DNA of 36,197 nucleotides from an uncultured Methanosarcinales archaeon (GTDB lineage Archaea; Nanobdellota; Nanobdellia; Woesearchaeales; GW2011-AR9): NCBI GenBank assembly GCA_964360115.1, contig CAYHVV010000001.1, positions 1 to 36,197 of the forward strand, read 5' to 3'. Shown piece by piece: positions 27,701 to 32,488 of this stretch (position 1 is its first letter; each line of letters starts with the position of its first letter). The notes under the pieces were generated by a model. It saw only the letters and a program-made list of their open reading frames with translations, ran no database searches and was not told where the DNA came from. The position numbers and the translations under genes were made by a program.

Positions 27701-30290
27701 AACTGATGCTGTGCATCTCGGAGAAGGAGTCTATGATTTAGGTGGGAAGAAATATTACCGAGCTGCTGACGGTAATTGGAAACAGCAAAGAAGTTTCTGG
27801 TTTGACAAAACAGTTGATGACCCAGAAATAATCAATGAACTATATATTGCGGAACTAAACCTTCCCGAAGAAGGAGCAACAGCATCAGTAACAACAGTTC
27901 AGGAAGCGGGAAGTTTTTCTGACGTTGTTGACCCCTGCGTTATTGCCGGAGGAGCGATTCAGGGATTAGCGCCGTGTCAAGGTGGAGTTGCAAAGATTAT
28001 TGAAGAGACTGTAGAAGGAGCTGAAACACCTACAGAGGAAATTTCCGGCGTTCGAATTAAAGAACCCAGATTCTTGGAATCAGAACCACTGCTTCTGGAA
28101 CAGAGAGTTGTTGAAACTCCTGCGCAAATTTCAGAGGAGATTTCGGTCATCCAGCAAAATTATGTACAGCAAAAAATCGACTTAGAAACAATTATCCAAC
28201 GTCATCCAAATGTAAATGTGCAAAGTGCTGATGTTACATTTACCAGCAAGCTCGGCGAAGGAACCGTAGGTATCGTCTATGAAGCAGACCTGCCTGGCGT
28301 TGGAGATAATCTAGCTTTCAAAACGGCTAAAGCAGTTCCGGGCGAGCGCGCATTACGCGGAAATTTAGCAGATAATATTGATGGACTTTTTGGAGAATTT
28401 GAAACGGCACGGGAAGCATGCAAATTAGTGCCTTGTCCGCAATATTATGGCATCTATAAAGTAGACGGTGTTCCTTACCTTGTTTCTGATAAAGTAAAAG
28501 GGCGCCATTTCTTCGACCTTACCGATGAAGAAATCGTTCAATATTTTACGCCGGAAAAAATAAGTTCTTTTGAACAGGATTTGGCAAGGGCAATTGATGC
28601 TAAATGGAATCCTTATGATTTGCAGGCGATGGTATTGACAGAACCGCATTTCATAAATGGAAAGCAACACCTAGCAGGAGATATTCTTTTTGTTGATGTA
28701 TCTGAATGGAATTTGAATACAAAGAAAACTGCGCGCAAAAAGCAAGAATTACTGGAAAGTTTGATGGATGAAGTAATGAACGTTCCTAAATCAAGCGCGG
28801 AAGAAGCTTTGGCTTTTAAGAGAGATTTTGCTCCGGCAGCTGAGATTATTGAAACTGCAAGCCCGGAAGAACTGAAAATCGCGTTAGATGCGGCGGGTTA
28901 TAAACTGACAAAGGAAGCATTTGCCTACATAAGACCGGGGAAACAACAACTCAGAGGAATGCATGGTTTAGGGATTGACCCATTATTAGTATCACAAAAA
29001 ATCCCGGAAGCAAAAGCAGCGAGGTTTAAGAATAACTTTCCTCGTGCCGCTGAAGCGGTTGAAGATGCTAACATCGACGAACTGCGAAGAGTTCTTGACT
29101 CAGCAGGTTATGAAACCACACCAGATGTATTGAATATAATTACAGACAGAGAAAATCGTCTGCGATCAATGTATCTGTTAGACATTGATGCAGAAAAAGT
29201 TGCCAGAGCCATACCAGGAACGCATTTTGAACAGCCGTTTGAAATTGCAGGAAAAAAACATGTATTTGATACGCGTAAAGGAACATGGGTACAGGAACGA
29301 GAAGAAGGGTTTATGAAAACATTATGGGGTGATAAGGAAGTAACAGATTCTTTAACAATCAATGCGCTTGATCAAGCCAGAGCAAAGGCAGGATTGCCAA
29401 AAGCCCAGCCCGCAGTGATTCAAACAGGAGAAAATACATTTGAAATCGCAGGTAAAGAATATTACTTAGAGAACGGAGTTTGGAAACAAAAAAGAAGTTT
29501 CTGGTTTGATAAAAAACTAGATGAAGTGGAAGATTCTGGAATTCTTTCCCAACTGGATGAAACTAGATCGAAATTGATAGAAGAAGGATTGCTGCCGCTG
29601 CCGGAAACTAAATTAGAATCATGCTCTCTTGCTGCTGGTGCTATCATCGGTGGAGCCATAGCTGGACCTTGTTTGCCTCTTAACTTACCTTCACAAGAAA
29701 TTGTTTTTAAGTTGCCTCCTACCGAACTTTCCGAACCACGAGTTGTTACAACAGTGCAAGGGTATGAAGGAACAGTAAGCAACCTCTATGACAGTATTGC
29801 TCCGGAAAATGTTGAAGAAGTATTTCAAAATAAACTAGAATTTCTTGGAGAAGACATCTATGGCGGAAAAGCAGTTGCTTACATTCAAGATGATGGAACA
29901 GTTAAAGTTGTTTTCCTTACAGAAAGCGATAAGACCCACCATCGGCATGCTCTAGGAACTATAATTGGGAATGAAAAAGGCGATTTAGTTTATAATGGAC
30001 AGTACGATAATTATCTCATTGCTGATCTCCCAAATAGAGCATTCGGATTTGAATTTCAGTATGACCAATCCAAAGGAAAGATTATAGGTATACAAGCAAG
30101 TTCTCAGATAACTAATCTTCAAAAGGGAAAAGGGATTACTGGTTGGAAACTGTCTGATCAAGTAGTAGAGTATGTTGAACAAGAAATGTTGGAAAAAATA
30201 GATTTAGACTTAATTGATGAATCGATAGTTAATCGGCCAATGGAACAGTGGGTAGATAACAGCAGGCTTCCAGTATCTAGCAGCAGCTAA
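18771..30290 (+). CDS. Giant secreted multi-module protein (3,839 aa)
   Basis: Uninterrupted 11.5-kb ORF in an AT-rich genome. ATGA overlap with the upstream gene. Sec signal VFLFLASLFAVA|QE. A beta-rich N-terminus and a roughly 1,200-aa Ala/Glu/Lys/Gln helical region are followed by enzyme-like modules separated by five Cys-bracketed loops. Confidence 0.9.
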   Translation: MKPVTRKTIVMGCVFLFLASLFAVAQEFPETNNPQGQSPYDQFSSNPNLWTTDNFNKLSPADQGQFLATNYRADLALEYYKNQNNVGLNKIVDLKYFADKNNLGKNPAADDKFYSSTYTTATLTSLRDFLQTGLEQKEAAAQYFTQKFNTPYTFEEVDEDFQYDAQAGTLTNGKKTISLSEFKGDSAIQGIISIADGFKIIRKEEQETQEISVQGDGERKIQYDAQKGNLLFRDTQGKEQSFDITAAEPVHLDFYQDGTLEIEGPVSGTVNLDNEHKFAEFRNRQGKLVIYFNGDFESRDALIKTAKLYLNGRFEYNKEKNKVDAYDVMSNDRKTIIVDKDSRVGAKTQGQIKGKSTLEIYLSKVSEHSEYFVKPGAAEEQPTVQEVIDNLQKVRPPQGDVGNNAEVFIRKNAETGKTIITSKGKVEIGFYDVVSGSISRSETEPHFIGVNGISEFDYLGAPQKQINIRGKAVYSDEQYSQIDTQQNGASLKIIKNDFDDVIHSGCFDCETGSTALSIGKQVATALQQGDTFTEPQFKTISISATVKDKGLEYDWDTFLNNMGSLAGSKTEGQQIILGKNLLLKSITCEGTKQCDFMLARDQQSGVTSAFYEVYDPETNKAGRRVTIPTNIGETMGKVTLLTSTENLQKLQQIQTLIEQRRYGEVSNLLKNEPFEEDPALRQHLLKTTGIDLQQLNNPEYTQKLNEINNYYSDAHTKIKTLRDSYGINLDEKGVPVSTEDQQKLNEILNKKRSGNEIAAFDLYSGARVDLARAENEQVEAMHQSCAGNAYCPVGDEDVKAAQQKVINEVLRREKSPEGIQWRQNFELQKEQKEQQKEVELLADKLADAQKLGKKRDATERTLTRDQAVLAKTIQDLNEQEAKVLRLEQERKEKEKSIQFRDVLNVVFTLGEGIEQDLDLQRSAEELAKKELTTLELQEFSLQTRIKNGKEGLKKINEDINDLTLNFKEPTSKLALLSASGDDETVGMMIHNSDLPSAKKDELYQTYLGSDVSKRLKEISADQSVSNYDEKQKQMLDIIGTGKMTLKRAQNYAEQYGDIGGSKVVLDHVKATRPDLVDTPEWRTAQNAYDAAVDNQIAELRQVAEQNLREKMKLSDGTESSIFGDKNSIADWTLSKLGAAAESVGSGIRSASFNAVAGTLAVAGGASYLVGAEETGTNLLDTATALHTFDDVKKQQANAELRLLDQQIKSYDKVQEIIANARLSGKEPDTALIQNAFRTQAPITNLAKQMEGKELTVDDQAQAALYNVEQSALVAGGDELVKNQYIAIREEFAGKSEVADIAKERVLKAEQRAEGSFLTNEQLGLYGDALIDVSVDVTNIIPGVVFVKAGKAVAKFAEVTKIAGAASKIGHAIDVVKDAGKLLTVSKDARLALKAAKAELYAAQVTKGLTAVERTAEIARAEQKINLARQAVEGEYRASKVGRVTNVLSTPVSSDLRAIEKLKLATQDEQFKAAQQLQAARTAEEVQTAQEAYKVATQRVSDIEKTKEAYSLAGSYTGGVTWLGKERAVGPGAKKAQQALDEFQQAREAYHVEKIAFGADKVSAETVENIIKTAKAAEEASFENRLSNTIKGAIGAQRVERNVEKLKAAKVGLSFTDDGKLVAEGLQTGSEEAKLVEQTNKLLDEDTVMRHLVGEDAKRIATPEDIPQPPRKLSEQEFDELDLLDKELEARGATYHLNDQDQVEISINDVVTENVEDLELLKQKAQRAQQLFDEADKEDLIRQTRARINAENVLSDNDLQDVAAQVKKDLTAKTKGEVDAAVIPEVAGEKAAELPKPLAARETRIATGDDIPRPEAIEEAIDSRTAGTYSILKTVQQEGKAPTVRGLDHLPADITAEENAQRVLASVPESGTTVRLETLNGNIEEGKVLAANDNGIVLEQAGRQKTIPADKVDTVTVTEKAPIEKQGVSDVVEPCTLAAAAIYGLAPCNPSEATKLPAEISGEREIAEKAPSVSEEEQFVPEVSTVVERPANLRSEGATVVQLPGRSIAAESVEVPAQLDITPATIDDIDIIVNDQIPRTKLAESEAAALTANREYFIGRGGEAIVITDPENPNFVYKIKHTTSPEVAETANSFPDARTYLDALGEHGAKVDWANTNTMRIENLKASGHQQLGDAIFNSLSPEQRALYVADGTTAAQRRILREQAFRQMTEEEFQAFNQAFDEFAETATKQGIKIGDTGIDNIWVGPEGFTDGVKFKISDAGVAHQVTDRNALRQFYQRRKAELISGDSGYLVTGEDAIDLYEARGLITKEEVIKLRNELPVPETLLKEVEEIELPSCSIGGSFVGQAAAAPCLPTGAPKTIDDLVEGEKFRVRSKSGNSYAGSYLHTEGGLLNFETGEETKRFFGLLGTKKETGTLRVELLDQSSIIREGDQIRITSNSGIPYVGRYAGEDAEFFRIKYPNGDTLRFKKSDFNLDTIIGEGDAVTLRSKSGNSYSGQYVSEADGYIVLRDESGNAFRLRSEMVDKTSIKTLGMEEQSIKNKNKALFADKEEFPSRQSKDVHAKDLPFENEPAPRRVIYSLEDRIIAEEQGLIFENVPSSKLPPGTYTYVILEDGSMVFGKVSSNLEFGVKHVHLANGRPVKVAGEVAIDGTGKYVFNLRSGTFTYPLLDSKFEKFKHLGNVKAREEVAKFERTLQRNMDESFSNYFGRKGEFTKDPVLPNQPSPLEELVNICVRGAELNILSCQAPDIKVLVEQRRAAMVSDAVNPCNIAAAAIQGLAPCVTSTAEIMPEEPAFVIETSGVVERPVELRNELPLTEEVVPSSEKIISEWRMKAREALNSQTPIEIGETKVVFTRTVDDEVEKIEGVLTAKYDANNYFSMQIVDSETGDIVATHYYHVRGKEISILETKVNPNYQGAGMNQQMFQYMSDLHPEAEVMDTLVAGTNLEVYKASLQKGLSPLDAIKQTPAYKIRKNAGWGEIDLKQSVLPKLEELEERSLTLISKRENPTGVLPPEFKRKTDAVHLGEGVYDLGGKKYYRAADGNWKQQRSFWFDKTVDDPEIINELYIAELNLPEEGATASVTTVQEAGSFSDVVDPCVIAGGAIQGLAPCQGGVAKIIEETVEGAETPTEEISGVRIKEPRFLESEPLLLEQRVVETPAQISEEISVIQQNYVQQKIDLETIIQRHPNVNVQSADVTFTSKLGEGTVGIVYEADLPGVGDNLAFKTAKAVPGERALRGNLADNIDGLFGEFETAREACKLVPCPQYYGIYKVDGVPYLVSDKVKGRHFFDLTDEEIVQYFTPEKISSFEQDLARAIDAKWNPYDLQAMVLTEPHFINGKQHLAGDILFVDVSEWNLNTKKTARKKQELLESLMDEVMNVPKSSAEEALAFKRDFAPAAEIIETASPEELKIALDAAGYKLTKEAFAYIRPGKQQLRGMHGLGIDPLLVSQKIPEAKAARFKNNFPRAAEAVEDANIDELRRVLDSAGYETTPDVLNIITDRENRLRSMYLLDIDAEKVARAIPGTHFEQPFEIAGKKHVFDTRKGTWVQEREEGFMKTLWGDKEVTDSLTINALDQARAKAGLPKAQPAVIQTGENTFEIAGKEYYLENGVWKQKRSFWFDKKLDEVEDSGILSQLDETRSKLIEEGLLPLPETKLESCSLAAGAIIGGAIAGPCLPLNLPSQEIVFKLPPTELSEPRVVTTVQGYEGTVSNLYDSIAPENVEEVFQNKLEFLGEDIYGGKAVAYIQDDGTVKVVFLTESDKTHHRHALGTIIGNEKGDLVYNGQYDNYLIADLPNRAFGFEFQYDQSKGKIIGIQASSQITNLQKGKGITGWKLSDQVVEYVEQEMLEKIDLDLIDESIVNRPMEQWVDNSRLPVSSSS
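24555..24623 (+). other. Cys-bracketed hydrophobic loop 1 (DVVEPCTLAAAAIYGLAPCNPSE)
   Basis: Cys codons at 24570 and 24609 (residues 1934 and 1947). Confidence 0.9.
24930..25450 (+). other. Protein-kinase-like module 1 of the giant protein
   Basis: Gly loop GRGGEA (24942-24959), VYKIK lysine (24993-25007), IGDTGIDN (Asp 25356, Asp-Asn 25368-25373), ISDAG (Asp 25425). Spacings are about 17, 120 and 20 residues, as in kinase-fold enzymes. Confidence 0.5.
25647..25718 (+). other. Cys-bracketed hydrophobic loop 2 (ELPSCSIGGSFVGQAAAAPCLPTG)
   Basis: Cys codons at 25659 and 25704 (residues 2297 and 2312). Confidence 0.85.
26934..26999 (+). other. Cys-bracketed hydrophobic loop 3 (DAVNPCNIAAAAIQGLAPCVTS)
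   Basis: Cys codons at 26949 and 26988 (residues 2727 and 2740). Confidence 0.9.
27124..27590 (+). other. GNAT-like acetyltransferase module of the giant protein
   Basis: ISILETKVNPNYQGAGMNQQMFQYM (27390-27420) resembles GNAT motif A ([RQ]-G-x-G-[ILM] after a beta strand). Module size is about 150 aa. Confidence 0.4.
27921..27986 (+). other. Cys-bracketed hydrophobic loop 4 (DVVDPCVIAGGAIQGLAPCQGG)
   Basis: Cys codons at 27936 and 27975 (residues 3056 and 3069). Confidence 0.9.
28240..28710 (+). other. Protein-kinase-like module 2 (atypical or possibly inactive)
   Basis: LGEGTVGIVYEADLPGVGDNLAFKTAK (Gly loop 28254-28271, Lys 28320), NPYDLQAMVL (Asp 28617, but no Asn at +5), FVDVSEW (Asp 28695). 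Confidence 0.45.
29613..29684 (+). other. Cys-bracketed hydrophobic loop 5 (LESCSLAAGAIIGGAIAGPCLPLN)
   Basis: Cys codons at 29622 and 29670 (residues 3618 and 3634). Confidence 0.85.
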
Positions 30291-30320
30291 ATTATTTTTA
30301 AATCCACCCTACTTACTTAC

Positions 30321-30926
30321 TTACCTCACTCTCATAAAATTCAATTCTCTGGAATGATCATCAAAAATCATATATGTTTGCGGAAGACCATAATAAAGAC
30401 CTACTCCGCCTGGATTAATCATATATTGTAAATCAGTGGGTAAATACTTCGTGCCATAAGATAGTTTTTCTTGTCTAACTATACCTTTTTTATCTTTACT
30501 GAATATCTTTGGTTTATGTGAATGGCCATATAAAAAAAAGCCTATTTCTAGATTAAATTTAATCAACTCTTCTCTTGCCTGTTCTAAGGAAATAATTCTT
30601 TTATCAGAAGGCGCGTGTGTTAGAAAATAGTTATTTTCAACTACTCTTTCCGAAGGCAGGGAAGCAAGAAAATCTAGATTTTGAGGAAATATTTTTTTCC
30701 TGGACACTTCGACATTTTCAAGGACTCTATCTTCATGATTTCCACGGACAGTGATGCATTCATTTTTTCTTACAAGATCTGCACACAAATTATCTTCAAA
30801 AGAAATGCCGTTTTGTACTATATCCCCCAAGCATAAATACTTATCCACTCTGCCACTTACTTGATTAAAAAATCTACGCAGCGCTTCATAATTACCCTGT
30901 ACCTCTGAAAAGATTGCGTATTTCAT
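30321..30926 (-). CDS. Metallophosphoesterase (calcineurin-like)
   Basis: Motifs CLGDIVQNG, VRGNHED and YGHSHKP are present. Motif I reads FSEVQGN instead of the canonical SDxHGN. Confidence 0.75.
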   Translation of the reverse strand: MKYAIFSEVQGNYEALRRFFNQVSGRVDKYLCLGDIVQNGISFEDNLCADLVRKNECITVRGNHEDRVLENVEVSRKKIFPQNLDFLASLPSERVVENNYFLTHAPSDKRIISLEQAREELIKFNLEIGFFLYGHSHKPKIFSKDKKGIVRQEKLSYGTKYLPTDLQYMINPGGVGLYYGLPQTYMIFDDHSRELNFMRVR

Positions 30927-31042
30927 TTTAAATGATTTGACACTAGGAATGCATCCCTTGGGCTATTTATAAATTTTCCCTAATTAATCACTAATTGGTG
31001 ATTAAAACACTTTTATATACTAAACCGGCTTCTAATTGAATT

Positions 31043-31762
31043 ATGAGTAAAAGAGGCAAAAAGGTAGTTATAGCGATCTTACTATTGGCTTGTTTCTTCT
31101 TCCTTTTATCCTGCCAGCCTGCAGCAAAAAACATTGAAAATTTAACAGATAACGCTACGGCATCTATAGAAAGTTGCACCCCGCAGTGGGAATGCGCTGA
31201 TGAAAATTACAAAGTTTACGTTTCAGAAAACTGTACCCGCAGAGATGCAACCAAATGTGAACGCGGTTGTGTAAACAACACTTGTCAGGCTGCTCCGGTT
31301 TGTACAGTAGGATTTAAGTGCATAGATGAAAATAGGAAAGGATACCAAAAAGAAGATTGTTCTTTTGCGAAGAAAATAGATTGTGAATGGGGCTGTGAAG
31401 CAGGAAAGTGCAACGAAAAACCTGCCAATGCTACCAACGCTACCGCTGCCACAACATCTTCCAGCACCGGCTATTCAGCAATTGCCGAGAATGCAGATGA
31501 AAATATAACTGTTGAGCCCAGTACATCCTACTTGTTACAATTAGGAGAACAACAGGAAATAACTATCGGTGGAAGCAGCCACAATATCAGCATCCATAAC
31601 TTAGAAGTGGATCAGGTAATAATAAAAATAGATGGAATCAAAAGCGATTGGATTGCCGAAGGAGGCAGTTTCGTCTACGGCAATCTTGGAACGACCATAC
31701 ACATCAAATCAATCTTGTTTCAAGCTTATGGAAAGAAAGAAATCGAATATTACCTGAGCTGA
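31043..31762 (+). CDS. Cys-rich secreted lipoprotein
   Basis: Lipobox FFLLSC. Two Cys-rich repeats of about 40 aa (CTPQWECADENYKVY...CERGCVNNTC and CTVGFKCIDENRKGY...CEWGCEAGKC), an Asn/Thr/Ser linker (NATNATAATTSSS), then a beta-rich C-terminus. Confidence 0.65.
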   Translation: MSKRGKKVVIAILLLACFFFLLSCQPAAKNIENLTDNATASIESCTPQWECADENYKVYVSENCTRRDATKCERGCVNNTCQAAPVCTVGFKCIDENRKGYQKEDCSFAKKIDCEWGCEAGKCNEKPANATNATAATTSSSTGYSAIAENADENITVEPSTSYLLQLGEQQEITIGGSSHNISIHNLEVDQVIIKIDGIKSDWIAEGGSFVYGNLGTTIHIKSILFQAYGKKEIEYYLS

Positions 31763-31823
31763 TTATATAAAAATTCACTTTACAGGGGATTAATTTAATA
31801 TAGTGGTTATTTCTGTTCAAATT

Positions 31824-32462
31824 ATGACTAAACTATTACCTGTTTCAATGCTCCTGATATTATTTTTGTTACTTACTTCCTGTTCAAACGAAAAAGCCGT
31901 TATCATAGAAAAATTTGTAGCAGACCAGGGGAGTATAGAAGTCTTTTTCTGCCCACAGGATAAGTGTGAAGAAGAACTAATTTCATTTTTGGATTCTGCG
32001 GAAAAATCAATCCATTGCGCTTTATTTGATATCGGTTTGCAGTCAGTGCAGGAAAAGCTTCTGGAAAAGCAAAAAGAAATTGAAGTTCAAGTGGTTACCG
32101 ATAATGATTACTTGAAGAAATTTTATTATCCCTTTGTCAGGGTCGATTCCTATGGGCTGATGCACAATAAGTTCTGCGTAGTAGACGGGAAAAAAGTAAG
32201 CAGCGGTTCGATGAACCCAACTGAGAATGATGCGCATAAGAACAATAATAACCTGCTCCAGATCGAATCCATAGTAATAGCGCAGAATTACGAAAATGAA
32301 TTTCAAGAGATGTGGCGGGGTGATTTTAAGAAAGGAGATAGAGTAAAAAATCCGGTAATTCTGCTCAATGACCACGAGAAGAACATACAAATAGAAACAT
32401 ACTTTTGTCCGGAAGATAGCCAATCAAAACTATTTCTTACTAAGAATCCTGTTTATCTTTAA
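31824..32462 (+). CDS. PLD-superfamily (Nuc-like, HKD) lipoprotein, apparently 3'-truncated
   Basis: The ATG at 31824 gives MTKLLPVSMLLILFLLLTSC, which has a lipobox. HKD motif HNKFCVVDGKKVSSGSMN (32162-32215). A second-lobe start IETYFCPED (32394-32420) mirrors the first-lobe IEVFFCPQD but hits a stop 14 codons later. Confidence 0.75.
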   Translation: MTKLLPVSMLLILFLLLTSCSNEKAVIIEKFVADQGSIEVFFCPQDKCEEELISFLDSAEKSIHCALFDIGLQSVQEKLLEKQKEIEVQVVTDNDYLKKFYYPFVRVDSYGLMHNKFCVVDGKKVSSGSMNPTENDAHKNNNNLLQIESIVIAQNYENEFQEMWRGDFKKGDRVKNPVILLNDHEKNIQIETYFCPEDSQSKLFLTKNPVYL

Positions 32463-32488
32463 ATAACTTTTCTTTTAATTTTTAATAA

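Noticed and set aside
19745-29782. Many 60-135-aa minus-strand and off-frame ORFs inside the giant gene (for example 23417-23824, 24347-24721, 24459-24821, 25911-26258, 29462-29782)
   Set aside because: These are shadow ORFs opposite a strongly supported 11.5-kb coding frame. Their translations are Ser/Ala/Cys-rich and low in complexity, as expected from reading GAA/GCA-rich codons backwards.
18771-30290. Possibility that the giant ORF is several genes fused by misassembly, or contains an intein or mobile insertion
   Set aside because: There are no in-frame stops, no internal RBS/ATG plus signal-peptide restarts, and no intein block motifs. The repeated Cys-loop linker ties the C-terminal modules into one design. 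Read mapping would still be needed to exclude misassembly completely.
30321-30926. Metallophosphoesterase with motif I changed from D-x-H to E-x-Q (FSEVQGN)
   Set aside because: The change is real in the sequence, but all other metal-binding motifs are intact. I cannot judge the functional consequence without an alignment, and it may simply be a family variant.
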